This document shows positions 26,843 through 42,009 of a stretch of 64,000 nucleotides of DNA, one piece after another; position 1 is the first letter of the stretch, and each line of letters starts with the position of its first letter. The DNA is from Guillardia theta CCMP2712 (taxonomy: Eukaryota > Protista > Cryptophyta). The stretch is from NCBI RefSeq assembly GCF_000315625.1, contig NW_005434661.1, positions 108,725 through 172,724 on the forward strand. The letters are read 5' to 3'. The notes under the pieces were generated by a model. That model did not search any database, was not told the DNA's origin, and was given only the letters and a program-made list of their open reading frames with translations. A program made the position numbers and the translations under genes.

Positions 26843-27851
26843 CGAGAGAGATCGAGCACAGATACTTCTTTACTAGTAAGCAGCACGCGGCAGTCCAAGA
26901 TGTCAGGGTCTAGAGGAGCCTGAAGGCCCGGAGAGCTACACTGAGGATGCATGTCGTGTCTGGGCCCCATCGGAACGGGGGCCGTTGTGACTGCGGTGCA
27001 GGACATGACCGGACACAGTGCCTCAGTGGCCGCCCGGGCCGGGCCGGGCCGCCGGCGGGCTGCAGGCCGAGCTTCCTGATAGTACTCGGCATCTTTCAGT
27101 GACTCAAAGTTAAAAGGAGGACAATCCTTTACTCAAAGTTAAGTTAAAAATCAGTTTACTGTGGCACTGGCCAAACCTTTTTTACCGTGGCTCGGACTCA
27201 GTAGTGAGATTGAGTAAAGAAGTTAAAAAGAAAGTAATAAACGTGGCCACTGTAGTAAAATCCGATGATCATCGTAAACTTCCGTGACAGGCTGCGCCAT
27301 AACAACGGACGGGGGCTTGGAATTTTACTAACTTATGAACTGCGATGCCTGAATCGCAGACAGCCGGGCCGTGCCATTAGCCGGTTCCCCAAAGCCCCCC
27401 AGGCTTCGGGGGCCCTGGCTCCGACCTCCAGGCTCGCCGATTTCCTAAGTCTCAACATAATCAATTCTATCATGCTCGCGGCAGTGAGCTTCAGCTTCGG
27501 CGTCCACTGAAGAGCCTCCCGAGTCCGACACATTAAAAAGAAACAATTAACCAGAACTTCTCACCGACTGCAAGAACTTATCCGGGTTCTTACCACGGCA
27601 CGATATCTTGGCTCACCCATTGCCCCGTAGAGTAGGGGCTTTTATAGTTACTGATTTTTAACTCAACTTTGAGTAAAAGGTTCAACGGCTCATACACCAG
27701 CGTAATTATTATTAGAACTTGCCGGGCGTAATTGGTCATCGGTGCCTCCGAAACCATTCGCAGGGGGAGCGGCCACGATCAATCGGTATAAAAGGGATTA
27801 TATGAAGTTGACAGTAGCAGAGTATTGAAGTAAACATTCGTCGTAAAGCGG

Positions 27852-30800
27852 ATGAGCCGCGCGATGGCGTGCGAGGGCGAGGAAGCCATGGAGCTGACGT
27901 GCGTCAGCGTGGCAAGTGAGCGAGAGGCTGAAGCCCGAGGGAGTCACAACAAACCTCTGGAGTTCTGCTACTTCTACACGCACTCGAAGGGCGACTTCCT
28001 CCAAAGCTGCATCCGGGAGAGGATAGTCTACAAGTACAAGCCCAGCGCCATCTTCTTCTCGCCTGAGCCTCTGTCTGCCGTGCTGGCCTGGCCTCGAGCA
28101 CAGTTAGCCCTGGCGCTGTTGAGTGCAACATGGTTGGTCTTCATCACTCTGAAGCTGCAGTCAATCCAATCTGCAGGGTATTTCTCGCTGGTGAACGAGG
28201 AAGCGAGGGTGCGAGAGTTCTCGACGGCAGCTTTTGGACGGGACCGAGAGCTTGCCTGCTCGTGGGAGCTTGTCCTCGAAATGTTCATATCCTTCCTCCT
28301 GGGTGTCTCCGGGCTTCTGATCAGCATCCTTGCGCATACGAGTCGCATCGAGTTAGCTAAGCTGGTAAGTACATGGGTTAATTGACAGTCACCAAGAGAC
28401 TGAGAGGATCGCAGTTGATGCTCGTCACCGGCTTTGTCGGCATCACGACCAATTTCATCATCTTCGTCAAGCTGACGTTACAAGGCTCTGCCAGGAGTGG
28501 GCTGAGGACGCCGAGCTGGTTCTTTTTAGTGAACGTGATGACGGTAAGTTGTGTGCGAGTGCTGGGAGCGACGCTGAGGTCACCCTGCAGGACGTGCTTT
28601 TGTTTCCTATGCCGCTGGCAGTGAACGAGAGCTGGGTGGTGGAGCTAGTGCTGCTGGACAGCATAGTCCACCTGAGTGTGGAGTTTGCGGACGGACAGCT
28701 GCCATACTTGTACATGCTGATGGCAACCGTTGCCCTCAGCTTTCTGCTGGCGCGCGAGCGTATGAGACGGCGAGTGCTGCGGGAGATGCGTCAGGAACAA
28801 GAAGGAGCGTGGGAGGAAGAATGGATGAAGATGCGAGGCAGCTGGGCTCTCCGGTCTCTGACGAAGGCTCTTCGAGTTGGGCCCGACTATCGGTCGTTTG
28901 CGTTCGGGTCTTTTGGTCCGATCGTCATAGTGAGCTCAGAACGTCGTCAGGATGAGGAGGCAGAGCTGGATTACATCCCGGCTTGCAACCCCAAGACCAA
29001 CACGAAGGTGCAGACGTCACCTGACAGCCTCGACCAGCTCTACGCTCAGGCGATCCTCATCGAGCCTGTCTTCCTCCTCAAGGTCCAGGCCCTCGCCTTC
29101 GCGTCCGACGGCTACTTCCCTCTTGACAGCTGCCAGGACAGCTCCCTCGAGTACGTGCGATGGCGAGACGCGGTGAGGGACGAGACGCTGGCAGACAGGG
29201 TGAGGTGGGCAGCCATCAAGAGCGCCTCTAGAGCCATCGAGAAAGTCCTTCTGCTCTGTGACGGGCGGGTGTCAGAGCTCACGGATGTGGTGCGGCAGAC
29301 GATTGTGTTTGCGGGGCTGGAGGAGCTGCTGCTGGGGGTGAAGGCGGTGCTGGACGACCCGGAGCTGGAGGTGGTGAGGATCAAGAACAGGCTCGATCCA
29401 GGCTTCGACTCGACGCTGTCGGGGGGGTACCGGGACGTGGCGATCAACGTACGAGTAGTGAGTGACGAGACGAGGAGGAGAGGGGTAGAGGGGCACGTGT
29501 GCGAGCTAAGGCTTGCGGTCATGTCGTTACATCGATTATCATGCTCAGTCATGTCTTCCAAATTTCAGAGCGTCAAACAGATTCTTCGGTTCCGTCATGG
29601 CTGGAAGATGTCGATGCAGCTGTATGACTACCGATGGTTTCTTGATTGGCTTCATCCGGCGGGAGTGGAGGACACCTCACAGATCCTCAACGACATCTCC
29701 TCCACCCTGCTGGCATGCAAAGCCAACGAAGAGAAGCCTGAGATCACAGTGGCGACATTCAAGAGCTTGTATGCCGGAGACTTGCTGGACACCCAGCTGG
29801 AAAAGACGGCCCATGGGGTCTTAGGAGTCTCGACCTCGACCATCATGTTCTCCTCCACGCCGCTCACTAGCGCCATGCACAAGCGATTTTTCCAGCTTGT
29901 GACGCTTGTGGTAGGAATCTCCTTTGGGTACTTTGTGTTCACCGGAGAGAATGCGGCTCAAGTGTCCAGGAACGGAATGATGCAGTCTGATGCTTATCGC
30001 CTGCGCATCAAGACCGTTCGCAACGCTTCCGCAGCAGCTCGCCCTGAGGTCTACAACAGCTCCTTTGCCCTGGTCAGAGACTGCTGCTCTCGCTTCTACC
30101 CCTCGTCAGTGTCGGTCCGAGACTCCTTCCTCTACTTCAGCTTCAATGAGTCGTTCCCAGCTAACGGCTGGCAGCTGGAGATTGCATCTGATCGAAGTCT
30201 GGCGCAGTTTGACCCCCACGAGCTGACGCTCCAGCGATGGGACGAGACGTCAGACGCAGGCAACGCCTCGTGGGAAGAGATCAGCTCCTTCTCCTGCAGA
30301 GCGCACCCAGAGCTGAAGCTCTGCAATGCTGTTGGGGAGCTGGCGAGTGACACCACGATCCGGTTCGAGCTGAGGGAGCCATGGAGAAAGATCATGCGCT
30401 ACGTGAATCATGTGGAGCAAAGCGCCGTATGCTTTCTGGCTGTGTTCTTTGCGCTTATCCGCAACTCGTTTCTTGCCAAGACCTTTGTCTCTTCTCCTTT
30501 CCATATCGCTGGGGTGCTGGAGCTGGTGACCTGCATGCCTGTGAACTTTCTTGACCCGGAGAGTGCTCACGACTTCATCTTCGGTATCGCAGACCTCGGC
30601 TACGGGCTGATCCTTCAGTTCAAAGAGCGGTACACGCTCAGCGCTCTCCCGGTCTACTGCTTGGTCACCACCTTGGGCGACATTGCCATCGGAATGGACT
30701 GGTTCCAAAGCCCCCAACCCTTCCACGTGGACTACATCCCTTTCAGCACGTACGTCCTACTTGTAGCATGGAGCTACTTCTGGTTTTCGAGGAAGATGCT

Positions 30801-31656
30801 GCTCCGCAAGGCCCTGAAAGCCATCGAAGGAGACAAGATCAAGTACGACGAGCAGTGGAAACTGCTGGTCTCGCAGCAAGAGAGCCTGGAGCGGCTGACA
30901 GAGCTTGCAAGCAAGTGCAAGCAGGTCCCTTCAAGTCCCGCCAAACAGAAAGGAACTCAAGATGTCCTCTTCGACCCCGACAACCCTTCCATCTACGATC
31001 GACTCCTTCTCCAGCTCCACCCCAACGATCAACAACCCGGCATGTCAGGAGCCAGGACGATCAAGCGCGAGCATCGAGTGAGGTCCCTCGACCAGCTCTA
31101 CGCTCAGGCGATCCTCATCGAGCCTGTCTTCCTCCTCAAGGTCCAGGCCCTCGCCTTCGCGTCCGACGGCTACTTCCCTCTTGACAGCCTCTGCCAGGAC
31201 AGCTCCCCCGAGTACGTGCGATGGCGAGACGCGGTGAGGGACGACACGCTGGCAGACAGGGTGAGGTGGGCAGCCATCAAGAGCGCCTCTAGAGCCATCG
31301 AGAAGCTTGTGCGCGCATACAACTTTGAGGTCTTCCGTCTCACGGACGTGGTGCGGCAGACGATTGTGTTTGCGGGGCTGGAGGAGCTGCTGCTGGGGGT
31401 GAAGGCGGTGCTGGACGACCCGGAGCTGGAGGTGGTGAGGATCAAGAACAGGCTCGATCCAGGCTTCGACTCGACGCTGTCGGGGGGGTACCGGGACGTG
31501 GCGATCAACGTACGAGTAGTGAGTGACGAGACGAGGAGGAGAGGGGTAGAGGGGCACGTGTGCGAGCTTCAGCTGATCCTCCAAGACTTCCATGCCCTCA
31601 AGTCCATGGACGGACACAAGAGGTACGTGCAGTTCCGCAACATCCGGTGTGAGTGA
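27852..31656 (+). CDS. ~1235-aa polytopic membrane protein with two RelA/SpoT synthetase-like nucleotidyltransferase domains and a discoidin-like ectodomain
   Basis: Exons 27852-28364, 28415-28543, 28591-31656 join in frame over 50- and 47-nt GT-AG introns. Each catalytic-like domain: IKSASRAIEK, LTDVVRQTIVF, RIKNR, GGYRDV, HVCEL; second ends ELQL...GHKRY. Confidence 0.85.
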
Positions 31657-32258
31657 CGTCGAGGGCGGAGCCTCTCGCCGGGCAGTGAGAGAGGAGGGGC
31701 TTAAAGTCGAGCTTAGTAAACAAGACTGAGAGGCATCAGCTGTACACTGACCTCTCAGGCTCCGGGCCTTTCCTCCTGCCGCAGTGCCCTCGGAGCCTGA
31801 GTCCGGCGCCGCAATCCGGATAGGATGACGTCCAACGATTCGAGCGATAATGATAGCCCAAGTTGAACCTCCTATAGCGACAGAGTCAAACATAAGTTTA
31901 AATTAGTCACGCCGTTATAAGGTCGGATAATCAGGAGACAGGCTCTGTATACCGAGGAGGCGGCTTCAACCGACCCTGACACTGCTATCACTGATGGCAT
32001 CATGTCATGCCCCCTGCGGCGCGCCCGGGGCTCCGGGAGTTCGGCCGGCGGCCAGCCTGGCACTGCCGCAGGCGGCCGGCCGGACTCCGGGACCCGGCGT
32101 CCGGCGGGCCCGACCCGGTGGCGGTGACCGGGCCCGTACCGGGCCGTCACTCAGTAATTTTTTAAAACCAACTTGCCAGGGCTCATTGCATTCTGATTTG
32201 ACTACCGGTACATTAGATTTCAAATCAGAGGGTACTGTTCAGGGTTCCGGAAATAGTC

Positions 32259-33530
32259 ATGGCAGCCGGATGGGGATCGGCGATAGCCGCCGTGGCGATG
32301 GTGGCGATGGTGGGAGGGATGGTGGCTGTCTTGACGTCTCCGTCTCCTCTCGCAGCCACCAGCCAACTACTCAGCACAAGTGAGCAGGAGAGTAGCCGAA
32401 AGCTGGTAGGAGGCGATCGGAGGACTGTAGGATGGGTCAAAGTCGATCCACCAAAGATTCATATTTCTCCGCTCCATGTGGATGCGTCCATTGACGATGG
32501 CAGCCTCGACTCCTTGTACAGAGAGGTAAGGCCCGTTGAGCTCGCGATGCCTTGTATCTACTTCTTGCTGATCACTTCTCATCCTCCGTTTCCAGTCGGA
32601 GAACGAGCTGCTATCGGACTTGAGGGAAAAACTCCAGGAGAAAGTGGAGAAAGAGGTACAACGGCAGGTCAAGGAGAGAGTTCCTGCCATGCAAGCACAA
32701 CTTGAGAAGGAGGCGAGAAAGAAGCAGCTTGTTTCTGATATCACCAGCGAGATGGAGCAAGTGAACGCGGGATTCAATGCTATCGAGGACCTAAAGGTAG
32801 GAGTTGAAGCGCACAAGGCCTTGTTCTTGATATGCCAGCAGGCGAAACAAGCGGAGTCAGCGAAAGCACTGGAAGGGCTGGAGGAAGACATGAATTCAGA
32901 CGAGACCAAGACTCTCTTCCAACAGGCAATGGCTCTTCTCAATGCCGGGAATGCTACCAACTGCTCCAGCGGAGCAGATGCTAATTGCACAAACGGTACC
33001 AGCTCCGAGTTGCAAGAAGAAGTCACTTCGCAGGAGAAGGCTATCCTGAAGACAAACTTAGCCTTGAAGCAGCACCAGATGGCTTTGCACAAGCTTGTCA
33101 TGGAAAGCAAAAGTCTTGCTAAGCGAAGGTCAGCTTTGGTCCCCAAGAGCCCCTTGCTGCAAGTCGAGAAGGATCTGAAAGCAAAGAAGCTAAAAAGCAA
33201 GCAGCTAGCAAACGCTTGGATGAAAGACAAGCGGGAGATCCAGCAGGAGACGATGAGATTGAACGCTCTGCTCAGAAACAAGGAGAGCAAGTCAGCGAAG
33301 AAGGTCACTCCGGAGTCATTCGGAGAGAAGCAGGCCTTCATGAAGTCGTTTGCCAAAGGCTTTGGGTTCGTCTCCAAGCAGGTGAGGGCTCGAGACCGTG
33401 ATAGCTTGCATGTGACTACTGTAGCAGAGAAAGTTGACGCAGCAGGAGCAGCGCTTGAAACAAATCATGCAGGACTGCGTAGAGGGGAAGGCTGACTGCT
33501 TGAAGTATGCTTTGAAGATGAAGAAGTAAA
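32259..33530 (+). CDS. Signal-anchored coiled-coil protein of unknown function (3 exons)
   Basis: Hydrophobic N-terminus AIAAVAMVAMVGGMVAVL; long K/E/Q/A helical ORF 32620-33381; N-glycosylation sequons NATNCSS/NCTNGTS; last exon RKLTQQEQRLKQIMQDCVEGKADCLKYALKMKK*. Confidence 0.7.
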
Positions 33531-33899
33531 TCCGATCACAGCCCTTTCACATGACTGGGTTTTATTCACAATATGGTCTTGATGGGCATGGACTCTAATA
33601 CGACCTGACATGAAACTGCTAACGGACCCTAGAAGGACCAGCTGGGAAACAGAGTAAGCAGAGAAGAGGTGGATACCACGGTTGGAGGGAAGAAGAAAGT
33701 GAGAATTGGCGATGCATAATCCAAAGATAGTCGCAACGGAGCAAAGGAGCATAACAAACGGAACAGCGGGAAGTGCAGTGCAAGACAGAGAGGGGGAAGG
33801 AGGAAATAGGGCAGGCAGCGGGTTGCTTGTCCCATCACTGACATGTGCTCGTCGCTGGCTGAAGGTCTTCCATTCGAAGGCTTCACGTTGGTGCGGGGA

Positions 33900-33970
33900 G
33901 GAGTGACAGAGCGATTTGGCTACATTCCAGTCAGCGCAGTACAGGACAAGAAGCAGTAGATAGCAAGAGT

Positions 33971-34060
<90 letters not shown>

Positions 34061-37000
34061 TGGAGCAGAGAAAGACAACCTGTGGCTGGTATGCTTTGCG
34101 CGGGGCAGCTGCCTTGGGCAGAGGCGGTTTCTGGTTGTCCATCTGATGAGGCATGCACCCCTACTGGCCGAGTTAGACAGGAAGAGGAGCGAAAAACGGA
34201 GGAATGGATAAGTAGAGGCGGGGAAGTGGAGGAGGGGAGGGGAGGAGAGAGGAGGAGAGGAGAGAGGAGGAGAGGGGAGGGGAGGGGAGTGGAGGGGAGG
34301 GGAGGAAGCAGAACACTGAGGAGACATTGAAATTCAAACACAGAAATCAGGGGGGCGGTGAGAAGGTCTGGGGACCATCTCTAGCACTGAGAAGCTTGCT
34401 CCTCCCAGCGGCAGCCCCATGAAGCCACTGCCTGCTGTGGAGCTTGACGGAGTCTACGGCCAGCGTGTCAGGCGGTCATACGACAAGGAGGGAAACCTTG
34501 ACCTTATCAAAGGGGAAGAAGTTGTTGGCAGAGAAACGAGGAGAGTATCTCCCGCGGGAAGAGGTGGCGTGGCTCTCATTCCTGCACCTCTTGTCACTCT
34601 GACGCTCCTGCCCCGGCCCCTGCTCCTCCTCTGACCCTCTCCTTCTCCTGTCCTGCCCGCTCCCGCCCCCCGCCTCCCCCCCCCCCAACTCACCCTCTTT
34701 TTTCCTCTTCGCCTCATCTACTCACCCATCAGGCATCTCTGGTAGCCTCTCCCTCGGGGACTTGGACCTCCGATAGGGCGAGCGCGAGCGAAAGCCGCTG
34801 AGAGGAGTCAGGGAGCGCAAGCCGGGGGGCACTCAGGTACCGGGGGACGAGAGGACCCGACCGAGGAGAAGGAAGGCCGGTAGAGAAGCTGGCCTGTTCG
34901 AGCTCAGGGGTCCGTCCCATGACGTCAGAGGCCTGGATTAGAGTAAGAGAGGAGGGAGGAGAGGAGGAGAGGACGGCACGTTGTCGCCGTGGATGTTGTA
35001 GGGGGAAGCATTTGCTGCCTGCTAGGGGACGACGGTTATTTCTCGTGGAAGGTGACAGGTGCCGGAGTGACCTGACGAGAGTCGCTCTGCTCTAACATCT
35101 GGAGATGGCGGGCAACCTGTCCAGCAGCGTGACGAGCTGTAGAGTTGTTGAGGTCGATTAACCTGGATGTCAAGCTCCTGAAGCTGCTGCTGGACCTGAC
35201 AAACGTCCGTCACCTTCAACTCTGCAGCATCTCCACAGCGAGCGACCTGTGACAACTCCTGCGAGCGATGATCCAGGTACGGTGATGTCGAACGGTTGTT
35301 CACTTGTCTGCTCTTTGAAGGAGTGCTAAGAGGAGACTGTCTATTCGAATTCTGCAAGAAGCTGCTAGTCAGTGGACGAGCTGCTGCTGCAGAAGCAAGG
35401 ATAACGTAGTAGTGGTTGTCAAAGTTGTCATCGTCCTCCATCCACTTGTGAGGGTACCTGCGTCCAACGGCAGAGTCAAAACAACGTCAGTTGCGCCTCC
35501 TTTCTTCAAGACCTTGCTTCATGAGAGTACATGTCGTTGATAATGTGCCGGTATCTTCTCAACAGAACCGGTCGGTTCAACTGAAGATGCTTCAGCTCCC
35601 CCTCTCCTCTCCATCCTCCCAAAATCCTCCCCCGTCCCCCTCTTCCTCCTACCGAGCCGTCTGGCTTCAACGTGCCGTTGTGGACAGAGAAATCCTCCCT
35701 CAAAATCTGCCAGCTCATCTCAGCGTCTTGGCTGAAAGTGCTGCCTTTCAAACCTGAAATCTGCGGATCTGGACATTCTTCATGTAGATTTGATGGTTCA
35801 CAAACTCGAGCTCGAGCGCGAGGCCTGCCGAGAAAGATGAGATCTGATAACAAGGAACAGCACAACATCGTCGACCTCGACGGAACAGAGCACACTGCCT
35901 TGCGCTCATGACTGAAGAACCAGGTGAGTGAGGAGACAGTGCTCATCCACAAGCTCACTTGTAGCGGCTTCAGATCCACTCTTGGACGCCAACTGAAGTC
36001 CTGCACCCACCAGGTAAATCTACGACCCCAACCCTGACGAAACCCCCTCACTCCCCTGTCTGTCACCTCCTCCTTCTCCCCCTCCTTCTCCATTCTACCT
36101 GAGTGATCCAGCGCCAGCCCTGAGCTGCCTGATGCGGCTTTCAAAGTGATCAAACATCCCATCTCGTCCGACTGCCAGGGCATCTTTAAGTTCGCTTAAC
36201 GCAAGCGCAGGCCTTTCACCGTAGGATGGGAGACGAGCATGCAGAAGTGAACGGGGTCGATCTTCATCACAACACGTCACACGGCATGTCAAGTTGCCAA
36301 TCTCTTCACCTCCTTGCATACAAGCCTCTCTATCGGCTCCGCTTGGATCTTCGCACTATCGTCAGCAGCCACACTCCCAGCCAGACCCCAGCTCACCATC
36401 TCTCCATCTGAGGTTGGCACCATACCAGCTGCCAGCTGGGGGTCGACGCCGCCAACTTCCGAAGACTCCAAGTCTGAGTACGCTCGCGGGCGCTGAGGAA
36501 CGGGAGAGCTGTTGGAGCGACTGTATGCGTACGAGCCATTGTTTCTCTGCTCCTGAGGGACCGGAGAGTCAGCCGACAGAGGATGATGGTGATGATGGTG
36601 ATGACGATGAAGGGGGCCGGGGTGGGGGCGAGGAGGGAGAGGAGGAGCAGAAGCAGGAGGCAGTCCCGCGATCAACAGGCGGGAAAAAGACTCACGTCTC
36701 GCTCTTCAAACATCGATTGCTGACTCGACGGCTGGCTGCCGCCTCTGGTCGGGTCCAGGTCAAGATTACCTTGCAAGGCAAGGACAAGTTAGCAAGCGCC
36801 ACTGGATGCGCCTCCTCGCTCAGCAGCGGTTCTTCTCCTCTCCTCACCTCTAGGCTGATTGATAACAAGGTTCGGTGGCCATCGCTGCGGTTCCCCCGGG
36901 GGGGTAGGGAGGGAGCGTCCGTCAGGAATCTTGCTGTTGTTGAAGTTGGACAGCATCCCGGGGTAAGAGGAGATGGGCCGCTGGGTCGGAGACCGAGACC

Positions 37001-37417
37001 GAGACTGCCACAGGGCGTCAGGGCCGACTTGACTCGCCACGGAGGAGACTACCTGGTCATAGATAGTCGAGGAGGGTACTGGAGCTAAACTCCGCATCTC
37101 CCCGAGTCGGCAGGTCCCTTCTCGCTGGAGGTCCTGCAATGGCGGTTGCTCTTCAAGATTCTGCGGGGCAGGTGCAGGAAAGATGGGAGAGATGTCTTTG
37201 TTCTCGATGAATGTGAAGACAGGGATCGACTCTACGTTTCCCTCCTTGTCCACGAACCCACAGGATGCCTGCACGGACGGCTCTTTCTGGGCCGACTTCT
37301 CTTCAACAACTGGGTAAATGCACCTGTCCCAACATCAGATCCCATTGTTTGTGCATTAATCAGGAAGAAAGCAATCATCACGTCTGACATCAGTATAGGT
37401 AAGGGATGAAATGACAC
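33900..37417 (-). CDS. Multi-exon Pro/Ser-rich hypothetical protein; boundaries uncertain
   Basis: Chain of minus-strand ORFs (36789-37274, 36289-36675, 35506-36183, 35022-35441, 34729-34920) flanked by splice-like junctions; no family recognised. Confidence 0.5.
33972..34068. repeat. (GAGCAG)n hexanucleotide microsatellite
   Basis: Direct reading, ~15 units. Confidence 0.95.
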
Positions 37418-38868
37418 CTCTTCATCTAATATCTTTCTACCTCGTCATCATGACTGTACGGTCTACCAGTCTTTCCGCAAATCCGCATTTTCTCTCCTTC
37501 TTCTTTCTCCCTACCGATCTTCTCCGATCGGCTCGCTCCTTCCCCTCGCTTCTCCTCTGTTCGCTGATCTCCTCTCCTCTCCTGCTTTCCTCTCTTCTCC
37601 TGTCCTCGTGTCCTCTGCTTCTGCCATGTTCTGTCCTGTCCTTTCATCATCCTCCATGTATGCTTCCCTTCCCCCCCCCCCCCCCCCCCCCCCCCTCCCC
37701 CTCTGACTCACCTCAGACATCCTCGCAGCCTACTCATGCCCTCCCATGCCGCATTTCCCGACTGGAAAACTCGCCGGGAGGTTTAAGCAATCCTAAGATT
37801 CCAAAACTTATTGATGTAAATTCGCATTTGAACAAAGATTTTCATACAATGACTCAATATTTGGGTATTTATCCCAAAATCAGGAAATTGTTGAACAAGT
37901 CTGCGGAGATCGGATGTCAGTCAACATGGCCCCACCCCCGAGCCTACCCCTACCCCTCATCTTCAACGCATCTCAAAATCCCACCGGTACTTTCATCGCA
38001 TGCTACCCCACCCCTGGTGTGCATCGCCTTCAACCACACATTACACCCCTTCTATTAGAGTGAACATCACCCCTAGTGATAGAAATCAGTTGCCACTACC
38101 CCTCACAGTCGCAACGGGGAAGGTGGAAAAGGGTCATCATCTGACCACCCGTCCTCTCATCTCTGCAGGACCCCTTGTCCATTATTCACCACCCATCCCT
38201 TCCATCGTCGAATTGTAGCAGGAACTGAGGGGTGGTACAAGCATGAACTTATGGAAGACAAAACTTCAGAACTTTCAGACTTTTCATGAACTTTTCATCT
38301 CTCACCCTACCCTCAACAAAACTGTCAGACGAGCATGTACCCGTACTTTTACGGTCAAAAATACGGGTACATTGGACACAGACTGCCCGGCCTTCAACGC
38401 AGACAGTTCATAGCCGTTGACTACTGCCATACTGTTCTCATGTCGGAAGTCGGCTGCCAGTACAGCCTGCCCAGAGAGCTCGTTCCTCCAAGGCTACTCC
38501 CCCTCATCTTCAAGTCACGCCTGCACCTGTACCCAGTGCACTTGTTAGCACCTGCTGACTGCTCCTGCTCCTCTGATCAGTACCGTACGGTACTCTTGCA
38601 CTGCTCATGCTCCTGAACTCCTGCGGCTCCTGCCGCTGCACTGTGAATATCAAATTCTCATGTACACAATAGCCAGATCGCGTCCTCAGTTCTCTCAGTA
38701 TTTGAAAGTGTGCATCAGTGTTATCAGTTCGTGTTATTAGCTCATGTTATCACCTCATGCTATCAGTCAGTTCCGTGTCATCAGTTTGTAAGATGTCCAA
38801 GTTTTCGATTTTCTCTCATCTGAGACCGACAGGACTGAAAGCTCACGAGCAGGTGACGCACGTTTGCC

Positions 38869-39470
38869 CATGAGCCTCACGAAGAAGATCGAGGCTTTGA
38901 AAGAGGACGAGGTATATCTCAGGTCAAAAGACCTCAGGCCTCTCTTCTGCACGATGATATCTCAAGGTCAGCAGCATCCTTTCTTCCTCCATGACGTTGA
39001 ACGAGCTCTGCCATGCAGTTCTGCTCCAGCAGAAACAGGACCTGAACACAACTCTACAGGAAGTGCTGACAGCAGAGCTAGCCAAAAAACAGAGCCATAC
39101 GGCAGACACTTCCAACACTAGTTACTCTGAGTCTCTTGATTTGGCAAAGGCGAGGAGGTGGAGGCAGCGACCGGCGTCCGCGTTTGTTCCTTCCAACGCG
39201 CAACGATGCGTGATCGATAGGAAGCCAGCGACAGCGAGAGGGAACCCGCGAGGGGAAGAGAAGCTGAAGGAAGCACGAGCTGATCCCAAGGAGGAGTTGA
39301 ACAAGGAGATCGCGGAGTTGAGACGGAGGTTGAGTTGGCTGCTTGCCTCGATGAGGACCTGACGTCTGTGCAGCATGTACGAAGAACAGGCGAGAGTGAA
39401 GATGCTCAAGGAACGCAGAGATGAGCTTGCAGCGCAGAGAGGAGAGGGAGAGCAGAACGCATCGGGATGA
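38869..39470 (+). CDS. Small multi-exon coiled-coil hypothetical protein; start uncertain
   Basis: MSLTKKIEALKEDE...TLNELCHAVLLQQKQDL...RPASA...RKPATAR...KEELNKEIAELRR|MYEEQARVKMLKERRDELAAQRGEGEQNASG*. Confidence 0.5.
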
Positions 39471-39542
39471 AACATTTTGAAGGACTTCACTGATGATGTA
39501 TCGTGCTGCCAGTCAGATCCTTGTCGCTCCTGTCCGTCGATC

Positions 39543-42009
<2,467 letters not shown>

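Larger units (their letters stand above)
21916..31833. repeat. Tandem segmental duplication: unit A ~21916-25020, unit B ~25034-31833
   Basis: 21916-22078 recurs at 25034-25197; ~22188-22315 recurs with indels at ~26843-27015; 23132 onward is almost identical to 27852 onward; 3' flanks 24871-25010 and 31657-31818 match. Confidence 0.92.

Noticed and set aside
28549-31656. Bacterial contamination as the source of the RelA/SpoT-like ORF
   Set aside because: The gene has two in-frame spliceosomal introns of host-typical size, a TATA box, and is continuous with flanking algal genes
33465-34341. ORFs with poly-SC, poly-AP or poly-L
   Set aside because: Translations of the (GAGCAG)n and purine-tract repeats
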